Source: Lama guanicoe
Taxonomy: Eukaryota
Reading direction: 5' to 3'
Length of the DNA: 64,000 nucleotides
NCBI GenBank assembly: GCA_013239625.1
Contig: MU057102.1
Coordinates: 558,001-622,000, forward strand
Under the pieces are notes generated by a model, which saw nothing but the letters and a program-made list of their open reading frames with translations, did not search any database and had not been told where the DNA came from. Below are positions 1 to 13,299 of the stretch, in pieces; within the stretch, counting starts at the first letter, position 1, and each line of letters opens with the position of its first letter. The translations under genes and the position numbers were made by a program.

Positions 1-112
1 GGGGGGCCTTCTAGGTCCTCACAGGTCAACTCTGAATTTTCCCTTTTTCTGTTGGGAAGTTGATTTCAGAGTTCACAATTAGCCCAGAGTTCTTGCTGCC
101 TTCCCCCACGAT

Positions 113-141
113 TTTTTTTGTTTTTGTTTTTGTTTTTGTTT
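113..141 (+). repeat. (TTTTTG)n simple repeat
   Basis: Direct inspection. Confidence 0.85.
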
Positions 142-659
142 GGTGCTGCGGGCTTACTGACTGACAACGGAGTTGAGCCTGAATATGTGTTATTTTTTTC
201 TGATTATTCTTGAGCTCTTGGAAGGCACACAAGTGTAAGGCTGCTTCAAAGTCCTTTCCCGCTGGCTGTTTTGAAGGTCAGGGCCCTAAACTGGAGGTGA
301 TCTGGGTGTTTCTTGTCCCAAGAGGGGCACATTTTAGGTGGCAGCTCTGAGCTCCCCTAATGGCAAACTTGGTGAAACCCACGCAGGTGCCGGGGTTGAA
401 CCGGCTCCCAGCTCAGCACCCGGCCCCTGCAGGAGCCCATGCCTCTGGTCGGCAACGCCGTGCTGACTCCGACCTGGCTGAATGCCGCCTGAGGGGAAGA
501 GGCGCCTCTGACTTCCCATCAGTGGTGATGTTCTTGTAAATCTGACCCAGGATTATAGAAAAAGCTGACCTCAAAACATGCCAATGGCCGCTCGGGGGCA
601 GGGCCTTAGCTCCCGCTTCTGTGCCCTGATTTCTGGTATAAGTTTGTGTGGATGGACAT

Positions 660-760
660 CACCCTCCCAGCAGCCCAGTGATGTCTACGTGAATCAGCCT
701 CGTCTCACAGATGAGGAAACTGAGGCTCAGAGGGTTTAACTGGCCCGCCAGGGTCGTCCC
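660..760 (-). mobile_element. MIR SINE fragment
   Basis: Core motif tcacagatgaggaaactgaggctcagaggg. Confidence 0.75.
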
Positions 761-1632
761 ACTGCTCTGCACCCACCTTGTCTTGTTTTAATGTGTCTGA
801 GAAGCTGTCAGCAGCACCAGTGGGACCTGACAGGGAAACGGAAACAGTGATCGCTGCCTGCAGGTGGGGCGCTCACTGCGCGCCGTTGGCCTCCGTCAGC
901 CCTGGGTGCCGAGACTCGCCCCAAACCAGCCTCCCTTCAGAGTGACAGATCTGTTAATGACACATCGGGGTTCTCAGCTGGTGGGCGTGGCTTCCTCCAG
1001 CTACCAGGCTGTTACCATAAGCCCGTTCTAGGAGCTTTGAGACCCAGGCCTAGCACCTGTTGCAAAGAGAATCTAACAAGCTCATTGGAGAGAAGAGAGA
1101 AGAGCGTGTTGAATGACTCACCACTGGGTTTGGAAAGGAATGGTGGAGCGGAGGCAGGAGACAGGCTGCTGGTGATGGGGGTGGGGGCTCCGCTGCCCAC
1201 CCAAGGGTCTCTCCTTGAGCTGAGCGTGGACGCCAGGGTTTCCTTTTCTTGTTAAGGAGCGAGCCCTCGGCCAGCCTGTACTGAGGGAGCAGGCTGATGC
1301 GGTCCACCTGGCCCGTCCCTGGAATAACTCGAGGGGCAGTGGGTGTGATGGCTGGGCCCTGGACGGAGCTCTCTGGGGACTGGGGTCTGCCCCACTGAGC
1401 CCTTTCCCCATTTCTAGTGTGAGGCACTGGGTGAAACTGTCCCAGGTTCCCATGGGTTCAGGTTTTCCATCTGATGCCCACATGGGCCTCCTTCCTTGGC
1501 CTGCCTTCCTGGCTTCCCTGACCAGGGAGACGGAGTGGAACTGGGTGTTCAACAGACAGGCTCTCTCCCATGCATCGGGGGGGCCAGAGGGGCACTGAAA
1601 CTCAGGAACGTCAGAGGAGTGGACAGACGCCT

Positions 1633-1790
1633 GGGGACCAGCTACGATATTCACAGGGTCCAGTTCATAACAAAAATTGGGGCCCTTGTTCAGACTTTTT
1701 AATGAATTACGATGACAGCAGAGCATTAAACCCAGGGCAGGGGCCCCTGAGCACAGGGCCCAGGCGTCCGCGCGGGTTGATGCCGGCCAC
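1633..1790 (-). mobile_element. MER45A-like hAT DNA transposon fossil
   Basis: ggaccagctac...aaaattggggcccttgttca...gacagcagagcattaaacc...ctgagcacagggccc...gccggcc follows the reverse complement of the MER45A consensus as recalled. Confidence 0.7.
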
Positions 1791-2444
1791 CAGCCCGGCT
1801 GCCAGGTTGGGCTCTGGCTGGGTAAGGAGGTGGGGTCTCACGCCCACCGGATCCTGAGCTTCCTCCCCTGAGGGCTAGGGTGGGCATGGCCTGAGGGAGT
1901 CTCGGGCCTTAAGGGCAGGGCGTGTCTCACAGCCCTGGGGGGTGTCACTGGGGTCAGAGGCAAGCGGTCCAGGCGGAGGGGCTCTGGGGGGGCCGCAGGC
2001 ACCTGGTGGCAGGCTTGGCTGTGCCTTAACCTCAAGGACGGGTCCTGGCTGCTCCCTCCTGTGCAGGGCTGTTCTTTCACTCACCGACTCATTCACTCGT
2101 TCACTCACTCAACAGACATTGGCAAACTTTGCTCTGTGCTGAGCTCTGGGAATTTAGGGTGGATCAGAGTAGAACTCAGCCCTGCCATTACGGAGCGTCC
2201 AGCCCAGCAGCCTCAGGGACAGGCAGGTCTGGGGAAATCCAGAGAGGCTGGCTCCTCTGGGGTCACGGCCTGGCCTGTCAGGGTGGAGGGCTGCTGGGCT
2301 GGACCTGGCTGAGGGTGCAGCCAGGGAGCCAGGGGCATCTGCACATCCCATGCCTGGAAGGCAGGCACCACGGAGAAGTCAGGGTGGGGCTGAAAATGGA
2401 GCCAGTGGAAGCTCTGGATTGGCGACAGGAGGCCCCTGTCCTGC

Positions 2445-2595
2445 CATGTACAGTGTCAGCCAGGTCACTGGACAGCTCTGTGCCTTGGTTTCTTCATCAG
2501 TAAAATGGGAACAACAGTATCGGCCCCTCCCTATGGGGCCATGAAAGGATTTGGTGAGCTGATGTTCTTAATGTGCTGAGTTGGCACAGCGTAGG
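2445..2595 (+). mobile_element. MIR SINE fragment
   Basis: ctctgtgccttggtttcttcatcagtaaaatgggaacaacagta ... tggcacagcgtaggtgc. Confidence 0.7.
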
Positions 2596-5306
2596 TGCCC
2601 GGCACCCCCACCAGGAGCCTGCGCAGCCCCAAGGCCCAGAGGACCAGAAGTGAGAAAACAGGACATGGGGGTGACCAGGGACAGTGTGGCCTGTCCTCCC
2701 TTGGGCAGGGGCAGCTGAAATCCTTGTCTTTTCCTTGGACGCTCCCCACCATCCCGAAGGACTCTCGGGGGCTGTGGGCTCAGGAAGCCTCTGGGTGGGA
2801 GGAGACCCTTGGCAACAGCCAGGACACAGAAGCCCCAGCCCACATTCTGGGTTTTTCTCCCGCCCAGATCAAAGCACCCCAGAGCTGCGGTAACATATCA
2901 GCCGCAGTAAAAATGGTTCCTGGGATATTTCACCTCCAAACCTGCCTGGCCGTTAAGAGCCTGAGCTCTGAAGTCACAGTCTGGGGTGACACGCGAGCTC
3001 GCCTGCTTACTGGACAAGTCGTTTTGGCACGGTATTTAAGCTTTCTCTGCTTTAGTTTCTTCATCTGCCGAGTGGAGGCAATGACACGAGTGGCCTTGTT
3101 GGTTCCCGGGGGTGGAGTGGGTGTGGCTGAACCATGTTTGCCTGTGCCCCCAGGTGGGTGGCCTCAGCGGGTGTTAACAAGGGTATGTGCAGGGCGGGGA
3201 TGGGGTAGAACTTCATCCTCACCCTCCCAGAGGATGCTGAGTGTTATTTCCTCATCAGATCCAGAAATGAGGTACATGGGGCTTGAAGGGTCTGACCCCA
3301 GAACTAAGGGGTCCTTCCCGCTGCCAACTTCAGAGACTGGGGTGCCCTGCTCTGTCCATCCGCCAGGCTGACCACGTGGGCGGCTCCTGTGTCAGCCCTG
3401 GGCAAGCACGACCTGGGTCCTGGCCTCGGGATCCCAAACTCTCAGTGGGGCCGAAAGTACAGGGTCAGAAGGAACTCGAGGAGACAGTGAATCCCTGGGA
3501 GGGGCCTGGGAGACTTCCTGGAGGCGGTGTCAAACAGACTGAGATCTGAGTAGGGTTTAACCAGAGTTAGAGGTGGTGGGGGAAGAGGGTCCCAAGATGA
3601 GGAAAAGTTTGTGCAATGGCCAAAGGAAGGGCTGGAGCTTAGAATGAAAGGGGTGGGCGTGACTGGGGACTCTCGCCCAGAAGGGGTGGGAGGGGGAGCC
3701 AGTCCTGCTCAGTGATCGTCCACACCTGTAGAAACAGTACCCAGGGGCAGACGTTACCAGGAGGCTGAACTCGGCCCACGGAGGGGCCCAAGCGCCGCGG
3801 TGGGGTGAGCCCCCCACCCCTCCAGGTGTGTGAGCAGAGCCCAGATGGCAGGTGCTCGAGAAGGATGTGGGGTTGAGGATTTCACCCTGGAGGGGACCGG
3901 ATTAAACAGACTTTGAGGTCCCTTCCAGCTGTCACACTCTGGCTTCTCGAAATCCCCCCTGGGAACAGCAACACTATAAAATATAAATCAATAGGTTAAA
4001 ACTACGCTTGTCTCCTACGCTCCCAGGCCCTGTCACTCTGCTGCCACCCCCAGTCTTCAGAGGATTCCCGCTTGACTCGGGCAGCCTGAGAGCCTGGCAG
4101 GAGAAAATCGCTTTGTTCCCAAGCAAGGCAGGCTGATCGCGCCTCCATTGAAGAGACCTCGGGTTTTCTTTTTAATCATAGCTGCTTCTAAAACACACAC
4201 CGTCACGTCTCGCTTGACATCCTCTCCTCCTATCTTCCCTGCTTTAATCACCAGGGAAAGAAACCAGCTGAACTGCTGGCGGCAGCTACACCCCAAAGAC
4301 GCAGAGCAGAGGAAGTCCTGCTCATGAGGAGGAACCCAAACTTGGAGATGGCCAGTGCGGTGACCCCAAATTAATGGGCCTAATGGCCCCGCTGGGGACC
4401 AGGGGGTGTTCCCATTTTACCTCCCGGGGTTCCCATGGCAACAGGGATCTTGGGAGCAGCTAACAGGGACTGGCAGTGAGTGAAATGAAATTTGATGTAT
4501 GTGAAAATGCAGTGGCTCTTGGAGTAATTGGGGACAGCCCTCTTTTCTCCACCGGAGTCTGATCCTTGTTTTTGTTTGTACATTTTTGGGGGGAGAATTT
4601 TGGGTGCTCTTAACCACATTTATTTTCATTTTGGTAAACAGTTGCATCTCCTGCACAGGCAGGAAATGAAAACGCTTCATTAAGTAGGGCCCAGGGTGTG
4701 TGGTGAATAGTTTAGCAACGACAAAACGTGTGTGTGCCATCGATGATTTACGGACCCCCTCCAGCTGTCCCCGCTGTCCTTGTCTGTCTTCCCATCCCGC
4801 TGTCACTGGCCCTGCCGTCAGCCGACGCCTGGGGAATGTAACGCCAGCATGTACTTCCCGGGCTGCTCTTGTCTCCCGAGCAGCCCCAGCAGCTCTTTCT
4901 GGCCGGCTGCTGGTTGTTCTCAAGGACGCCGGCGGGGATAGCCCAGTGCATTCCGTGCTCCCCAGGATCACTTCCTTGGCATCCCTTTGACTACAGTTTG
5001 AGATTGTCCAGGGCTGAGTTTGAATGATCCCTATGGAACAGCAGCTACTAGGTGGGCCTCACAGGGCTGGGATGTTCCCAAAGCCACTGTGCAGAGCAGA
5101 GCAAGTTTTTGGAGCATTAACCAGTGCCGTGTCTACGTGCTCTGCTGCAAGGTGGCCGGGGCTCCCAGAATTACCAAGTGAGAGGGGCCCGGGCAGCTGA
5201 CATTGGAGAGACCCCCCCAAATCCTGGGTGAGAGGAGTGCCGTTGTAGCCTCTTGGGGAACCTTGAAACCCACTGATTTCTGCCTTTGTCTTTGTTGTCG
5301 CCACAG

Positions 5307-5374
5307 GTGATTTTGATCCTGACGAAGTATTACCATGCAGACATGGGGAAGGTTCTGGAAAGTTCTCTGTGGCG
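5307..5374 (+). CDS. SORCS2: SORCS2 (VPS10 domain-containing receptor) internal coding exon, 68 bp, probably exon 2; phase 0 start, phase 2 end
   Basis: Pyrimidine tract and acceptor (ctttgtctttgttgtcgccacAG, 5305-5306), perfect donor CG|GTAAGT (5375-5380). Translates VILILTKYYHADMGKVLESSLW(R), which I recognise as the start of the SorCS2 VPS10P region. Synteny with the nested PSAPL1 agrees. Not in the ORF track because it has no start codon. Confidence 0.95.
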
Positions 5375-8300
5375 GTAAGTCTGCCCGAGGATGGGCCATT
5401 CTCCTTATGCACCTGTGTGTCTCTGAGGCCGGGGCTGAGATCCCAGGGCCCTGCTGGAGCAACCCCTGTGAATTGGAGGCCTTGAAACTTTTCTTTGGCC
5501 AGAAAATGCTTAGAGAAGAAGTTAGAGGCTAATTAAGAGCTTTGTCAGTGTGCATAGGCCGCGCCGGAGAACAGACAACCGTTCAGAAAGCTTCTTCCCT
5601 TTCTTCCTGTGTTCTTTTCCCCTTGCTCTTTTCCTCCCCCAGGGGGAAGGGGGTTTGCATTGTGAATTCAGGTCAGCGCACAATTCCCTCTGCTTGTGCT
5701 CCGAGCTTCCGACGCGGCTCCTGGAGTCCACCAAACGCGCCGATTATCCTCACGGAACGGGCGTCTTTCTTGCTTCCTGGCTCAGCCGGAGAGCTCGGTC
5801 AATAAATAACCCGCTGACAACGGGCGCTATCTCTTTATATGTGAAATGTGAATTCAGTCCAAGGGCGTTAGGCAGACGCTTTGATGTTTTAAATGAGGAG
5901 AGAAGGAGGCTTTGAGAAACCATTTTGGTTATTATCATCGTCAGTGTTTACATCTGCTCACCCGGGAAGGGGGAAGGAAGGTTCCCAGCATCTTGGGCTG
6001 TGGTTTCAGAGCTTCTCCCAGGCGAGGATGCTGTGTTCTCCGGGTACCGCCTGCCACTGCCACCTTCTCTGGGTGTTGAACTGTTTTGCTTTCCAAGATG
6101 TGTCTCTCTAGTAATAATTAATTCACTTTTCTATGTGAAACCCACTAGACAGCACGGAGACGGGCTGATCAGGACTCCTGAGTTGTGTGCAACCACCTGG
6201 AGTTGATTTATTTTCAGCTTTTGGCTTTGCTTTTAGTGCAGGGGCTTGGTTCATTCTGCTGGTTCTTACTGAAGAATTTCTGTGATGCTTTGGGAATTTG
6301 CTGAAGTGACCGTGGAATCGGGTCCTTTCTTTGCTGGGTGAGGAGCGGTTGTCGCCTTGGGCCGGCCGGTTTGGGGCCCTGGTGCCGACGAGGCCGGGTG
6401 TGGGGACTGAGCTGTGAGCTTTCCTTCGCTTCTCCAGCAGAGGCGCCTTTCCCAGGCAGCCCCTCTCAGCCGTGGGTGCACCTCCCTGACTCACCAGCCT
6501 GCTTTCCAGGTCCATCGCTAGCCTCAGGAAAAGGAGCCTGTGACAGATGGTTTCCTGCCACGACCCCCCATTTCTTTAAATGTTGGTAGATTTTAATCTT
6601 GTGCCTTGAAGCAACTCACCCACTAAGGAGACTGCTTTTGAAAATTCCCCTCCAGGGTTGGGGAAGGCCCTTCACTGTTTGGGAGGAGAGTGGAAAATGG
6701 TGTGAGCCTTGAAGTCCCAGGGAAATCTCATCGGCTGCCCTCTGAGGACTCGCCTTGGAGGACTGCTTTCGGGTGGGCTGGCCCCTGGAGGGGTCCCTCT
6801 CGCTGGGCGGGTGGTCCGAGGACAGGTCCCCTGACCGCAAGGTGGAGAGGCACTCGCGTCTTTTCTTCATCCCAGGAGAATTCCTCGACTAACTCATTCC
6901 CCGACTCCTGCTGTCAGCCCGGGTCTTCACGAGCACTTGCTGATCTACCAAGAGTGACAGTGCCCGTCCCCTCCTGCCCGCCACGTCTCAGCACGGCCGG
7001 AGGCGGAGGAAGCGAGGATGTCGAAAGTATTGTTTGAATAGTGAACAATCCTTCCCGGTGTAATCTGTGCTTATACAGACAGAGTTTCTGGATGTAGTTA
7101 CAATTTACTGCAAGTCCTCCTGGGGACTGGGAGTGGGGGTGGGGGTGGGAGTGACCGTGGCCGGCCCTACCGCACAGAGACCAGGCCTCCAGACTCAGAA
7201 CTCTTCAAAAGCAGTGGGAAAGCCACAGAGCCAACCACCCACCTCAGAGTTGCTTCACAGGGCCTCCTTTTCCTCCCGAGAGCCTCAGTCTCCTTGTCTG
7301 TAAAATGGGGCTAAAATACCCCTGGATAGGAGCTTGGGAGGACTGAAGTAGATCATGCACAGACCATCCCTAGAACAGTACACAGTCTAAATTTAGTTTT
7401 TCTCCAAAGCAAATCAACAGATTTTAATTTTCCACGTTCCTTTCTCATCACTGTCTTTCTTACTCAGACGCTTCCTCTCCTTTATTAAAAATACATACAA
7501 ATGCATTAGTCATTTCAAAAAAGTTCACCCACACCCCCACCCGTCGGGCGCAATTACTTTCTTTGTTTATCTTCTCTCTCTTATGCCGAGTCCTTGTACA
7601 GTTAGACACAGAGTAAAGTCTTGCATTTTCTTTCTTTCACACGTACAGCATGTTTCTGGTTATTCTGTGTGGTACCGTGGTCTGCATCACCATCTTTTTA
7701 CGGCTGTGCACTTGCCCTTTAGATTGATTCATTCTATTCCTGAGCCCTGCTGCTGCCATAAGAAATTTAGGCCTGTGGGTTTCCTTTCCATTTGGTCCCC
7801 GGGAAGGAGCTCCGGGAGCTCCGTTACAGAGCCAGACGGCCTGAGTAGGTTTACAGCTGGCGGGCTGCAGCGCCAAATTCTTTTTCATGGGGAAACCGAC
7901 CCTCCACCTGGGCCCTGCCTCCTGGCCGGCTTCAGGCTGACGACTTTTCTCCAGCTTGCTAACCTACCAGCCCAAAGGGGCGGCCATGCCATTTCATTTG
8001 CACGCCTTCGATTCCTGGTGAGGGTGGGCAGTTTCCGTGTTTAATTACCAACGGCATTTTTCTCTCACCAGCATCATCTGCTCATGACCTTTCTGTTCTG
8101 GGACTTGAACGAGTTTGTTTAGAAGTGGAAAGATTGCCATTGGCCGTTTGTCAGGACACCACCCGGCCCTCTGCCATTTCAGGCACACGTGGAGGGAGGT
8201 GCACAGTGCCCGTGCCTGGAGGACACGTGTTAAATGCGGTTATTAAAGACACACGTATTGGACTTGCAGCAAGCCCCCAAGAATTCTCTTGTGTGATCAC

Positions 8301-9470
8301 AATAGATACATTTTTAATGACAGGTATGGAATTTTCATTCTGGAAATGACTCCCTGAAACCTGAGGTGAATGCATTTTTAAATGTCCTGCAATTCACAGG
8401 CTGCATGTCTGGACTGTCTTTCCCTGGCCGCCTCCAGTGGTCCAGCACTCTGCCCCTTTTCCTGTGGGTCGTGTTCTCCGCTCAGCTGCTGGGCCCCCCT
8501 GAGTCAGTGCAGGATGGGGTGGGAGGGAGGGGTGGGGTGAGGCCCAAAGACCTCTTTTCCAGACAGGGTCCTGCACGGTCTTTGGGGTGGGACGTGGACA
8601 GATCTTTCTGGTGCCACCATTCAGATCAGAACACTGTCCATCACCACCTGGATCCGATGTCCAGGACGGCTCTCACATCTGTCCCCCTCTCTCTGTCCCC
8701 TCAGCCTTGCTCCCCTTCTGCCTCTCCATCCTCAGGGGGTCCCAGCAGTGCTTCCCAGCTCGCTCCACGGCCACTGCACCCCCACCTCCAAGCCCCTCTC
8801 CTTGCAAGGCCGTGGGGACTTGATGCACACACACAGCCACATCTGGTCCTGCTTCCTCGCCCTGGAGGCCCCCGTGGATGCCACCCATGCACCCCAACCC
8901 CCTGTCCAAGCCCGGGCAGGGGAAGTTCAGTGGGCAGAGCCAGAAGCTACAGGGCAATCACACAGAACACGGGAGCTCGTGGAGCATCTAGGGGCCTTAC
9001 ATGCGGTTTGTATCCACTCCACGGTAGAGCCGTAACGATTTTAAGACAAGGATAAGCAGTGTTGGAAATAACGAAAATTGGAACAGAATGATCTGTAAGT
9101 GTCCCCCTGTGCTCCCACACCCCATCTTGCAGGAGGATGCCAGGGCTGTCTGCCAGGTGCCAGAGGAATCTCAGACAGGAACTGAGGGGCCTCCAGGAGG
9201 CCGGCCTTTTAGTTTGGAAACTGGCACCCTTGCTTTCCCACGATCACCCCTCCCCTCCTGCGAGGAGCCTTCCTAGCTGTTCTCCTAAGTGCTCCCCCGC
9301 GCGTGACTGTATTCCTGGTCTGTGTGTGATGTGTGCTTTCTACACGAAGGCAAGTTTCACACCCCTCAAGGACCAAGGCCGCGCTGTGTCTCTCCATCCC
9401 ATCTGATTCCATGGGCTTTCATTTCTACTGTATTGAAATTGTATTTTATTTAAGATTTTAATTAACTTAA

Positions 9471-10318
9471 CATTTTTTTATTGAGGTATATTTGATTTAC
9501 AGTGTTGTGCTAGCTTCAGGGGCACAACAAAATGATTCAGTTATACATACATATATATATTTTCTTTTTTAGATTCTTTTCCTTTATAGGTTATTACAAG
9601 ATATTGAATATAGTTCCCTGGGCTATAGAGTAGGAAATTGTTGTTTATCTATTTTATATGTAGTAGTGTGTAATCCCAAACTCCTAATTTATCCTCCCCA
9701 CTACCCCTTTCCCCTTTGGTAACCATAGTCTGTTTTCTAGGTTTGTGAGTCTGTTTCCGGTTTGTAAATAAGCTCAGTTGTATGTTTTGTATTTAGATTC
9801 CACATATAAGTGATATCATATGACATATGTCTTTCTCTGTCTGACTGACATCACTTAATATGATAATCTCTAGGTCCATGCATGTTTCTGAAAATGTCAT
9901 TATTTCATTCTTTTTTATGGCTGAGTAGTATTCCACCATGTGTATATATACCACAACTTCTTTATCCAGTCGTCTGTCAGTGGACATTTAGGTGGCTTCC
10001 ATGTCCTTGCTATTGTAAATAGTGCTGCTGTGAACACGGGGGTGCATGTATCTTTTCGAATTAGAGTTTTCTCTAGATACATGCCCAGGAATGGGATTGC
10101 TGGATCATATGGCAAGTCTGTTTCTAGTGCTTTAAAGAACCTTCATACTAAGTCCATAGTGGCCGCACCAGTTTATGTTCCCACCAACAGTGCAGGAGGG
10201 CTCCTCTTCCTCCACACCCTTTCCAGCATTTATTTTCTGTAGGCTTTTTAGGGATGGCCATTCTGACAGGTGCGAGGAGATACCACATTGTAGTTTTGAT
10301 TTGCATTTGTCTAATATA
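9471..10318 (-). mobile_element. 5'-truncated L1 (ORF2 C-terminus and 3' UTR), cetartiodactyl-type
   Basis: The - strand encodes PYDPAIPFLGMY...TCTPVFTAALFTIARTWKPPKCPLTDDWIKKLWYIYT (L1 ORF2 C-terminus, frameshifted). T-rich tail on the left; possible TSD attttaattaa at 9455-9465 and 10321-10331. Confidence 0.92.
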
Positions 10319-12924
10319 CAATTTTAATTAAATTTTTATTTGTTCAGTTTTACTTGTTTTAATTTTGTTTTATGTATACACTTTAATATTGAAGTATTAT
10401 TTTATTTTTGTCCCCCTGAGCATTTCCTGGGATTGATTTTCCATGGAACAAGCTTTGGGAAACTCTGTTTCATGAGTTTTATATCCCAGCAGAACTGGCC
10501 TTTGAGATCTTCAGACCACTTCTGTTCACCTGTAATGTTACTGTGTCATTATACTGTTCCATTTCAAACCCGGGTGGATTCTATGTTCCTAGGGTATATG
10601 CCTCTCTCCATTTTTTAAGATACAGAATTTTAGGGTTATATGTTGCGAATGCGGAGTCTAGGGAATTTGAGCCACCAGACCACAGCCAGATGACAACCTC
10701 TTGACCTTCAATAACTAAAGAGGCAGCCAGGTCCGTCTCTGCGGGGGTGGGGACATTGCCCTGTGGGACTGTCCTGAGAGGGTGGCGGGCAGAGCCGAGC
10801 GGTGGGTGAGCCAAGCATTTCAAAGCCCGTGGGCAGTCCTGGGCATCTCAGCCTGGCCCCGAATGTCCTGAACACAAAGAGCCATTGTGCTGGTAGCATC
10901 CTTACAGGTGGACGGTATGGAGTGCCTGCAGGGATCAAGTGATGACACGCTTTGCCCTTTGTGGTCCAGAAGAGTGGGGATTATTTTAGAGAGAAAGCCT
11001 TAGACTGTGATGGGCTTCACCAGAGGCTGATCGCAGGGGCTGGGCTTCCCCGTCGGCCAGGTGGCTGCATGGTCGGTGCCCCCAGACAGGCTGGTTTCCA
11101 TTCTGACTCTGGGCCTGCCTCTTTTGTGGCCTCTCTGGGCCTCGTCTGTGTGATGAAGCTGATGGCACAGACCTCGCAGTGGCTGTGAAGACGACAACGA
11201 TCTTGCATGTACAACACTAGGCACTTAGGAGGTGTCCAAGGGCCTCCTCCGTCTGCAGCATCTTGCCCTGCCCGTCCGTCTGTCTTCCCACCAGCTGCGT
11301 CCCCCCCCTGCCCTGGGCCAGCCTCTCTCTGTGTTTGCTTGAACGTCACCATGGAGATCTGAGTTTGATTTAAACAAGACTCAGAGCAGATAGGGATCGA
11401 AGGAGGCGCTGACTTAAAAGCTTTCAGGATTTGAGTCGATTCAATAAATAATTCAATTTGAATCAACAGTTTGATGAGGTCAAGCTCCGAGGCCTCGAGG
11501 TGCCTGTAACATGCTCTAGGACAGATCTAAGGTGGCTGAGAGGTCACAGGAACTTTGAGGAAATCTCTCAGGGTCTCCAGCCTCCAAGCCTCTTCTTTCT
11601 CCATCTTGACTCTGATACCTGGCCTTGCTCAGGGCCTGGCTTCCTCTGTCCCAGTTCCAAGGCCCCTTCTGGTCACTAGAACTGTGTTCTCTGGCTGACT
11701 TTCCCTCCTCTCCTCTCTTCCCTGCCCCCTTCCTTCCCTCTCTCCATCACTCTCATCCATCCATTGGTCCATCCTTCCCCTGTCTGCCCATCCGTGCGTC
11801 ATCCAGCCACCCCATCCTTCCATCCAGGCTCTGTGTTTGAGTGAGCTACAATCAATGACCCCCAAGACCCACAGTTTCCTAGGGAGTACAGATAAGCAAA
11901 CAGCCCATGTGATGGCACGTGGTCTGCACTGTGACGGGGCCGAGAGAACTGGGGAAGCCTTGGGCAGCCCTACTCTGCAGGAGCACAGGACGTGATAATC
12001 GGGGAAGACTTCCTGGAAGAAGAGTCTGCCCTGGTCCTTGGGTGCCACAGCCTCCCTGCTCCTCCAGGGCAGCACTCCCTACACAGTGCCTTCTGTGTTG
12101 CTCTGGCCACAGTGGCATCTTTGTGTGCTCCTCCTCGCCCTCCCAAGCATCCCTCCGCCAAGCTCTGCCAGGTCCACGTGTAGCTCGTATCCAGAACCCT
12201 TCTGTAACCCGACCGCTGGCCTTGGAAGGTGATGGGAACATCGGCCGTCTCCATCCCAGGAAGGCCTGAGTCCCAGCTCCCGTGTGGTACCCACCTCCAG
12301 GGAGCCACTTCCCTGCTGGGCTTACCACGGGCTGTGTGCCGTCTGTGGTTTCCTCCCCACTCTCCTGCATCCTGCTCCTCTGCCCCTATTCCTGCAGGCT
12401 GGAAAGGCCATCCCTGAGCTCTAGAAGAGTTCTTAGGGAAAAAGCAGGCAAGGGCAGAAAGCACATGCGTTCCCGGGTTCTTCGGGATGGCCCAGAGCAG
12501 CGTGTTGGTTCTGAATTTAGCTTTCTGTTGGTTGGCAGGGGCATCTGATTCCTCTCGCAGCAATGATGACAACCCAGCCCACGCAGGTGACCCTGTATGT
12601 TCGGAGCCCACAGCCAGGCCTCCCAATCCGTACCGTCATCTCAGATGCTTTTTTGAGAAGTGGGAGACAGATGCTCAGTGGGGAGGGGCAGCCTGCGAAT
12701 TTTTAGGGGATGATCTGCTTCTTGGGCTTCCGTGGAGCTAAGAATCATCTATCTTGTGGGTCCTTCTATAGTGTACCCCACCCCCCAACTCCATCTATCT
12801 GGCAGGGCCCTCCCCACAAGCCTCTGCACAATCCCCACCCCAGGCCTCAGCAGCAGCCTCCTGAAGCGCCTGTCCCCCATCCCTTGGTGCCCCCTCCCCC
12901 GAGCCCTTCAGGACCCCACCCCCG

Positions 12925-13089
12925 CCCTGGCTGAGCCGGGTTCCTCCTCTGGGCTCTCCCAGCCCCTCTCCCCCAGCCCCCTCCCTCCTTATCTCTTCTT
13001 GGGATCACCCTGGCTGAGCCTGGTTCCTCCTCTGGGCTCTCCCAGCCCCTCTCCCCCAGCCCCCTCCCTCCTTATCTCTTCTTGGGATC
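12925..13089 (+). repeat. 83-bp tandem duplication (2 copies), C/T-rich
   Basis: ccctggctgagcc(g/t)ggttcctcctctgggctctccc...ttcttgggatc begins at 12925 and at 13008; one internal mismatch seen. Confidence 0.95.
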
Positions 13090-13299
13090 TGGGTTTCCTG
13101 TGATCTCTGTAACTGGCAGAAGCTTTCGACAGACAAGAGCCCAGGGATTTACTGAGCTGAACTGAAATCCACAAGGCACCGCTCATGAATTCAGCAGTAA
13201 CGGCCTCACGTTTTCTCAAAAGAGGACGCTATATAATGTCATTAAACTTTTTAAAAGTTCTTCTGGACAAGAGTATTACTAAATCCCTCTCCAGAAAAT

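Larger units (their letters stand above)
1..5306 (+). other. SORCS2: 3' part of the SORCS2 intron upstream of the 68-bp exon (intron 1)
   Basis: Ends at the acceptor AG at 5305-5306; no other SorCS2 coding sequence recognised upstream. Confidence 0.8.

Noticed and set aside
2595-3371. 258-aa + strand ORF (likewise 22947-23660, 24778-25473, 28110-28814, 39623-40453, 41376-42056)
   Set aside because: No recognisable motifs; several run through MIR, MLT1 or L1 fossils; ORFs of this length are expected in stop-poor GC-rich DNA.
7121-7150. G-quadruplex-capable G-tracts (also ~8516-8540, ~55437-55475)
   Set aside because: Frequent across this GC-rich window; nothing marks these out as functional.
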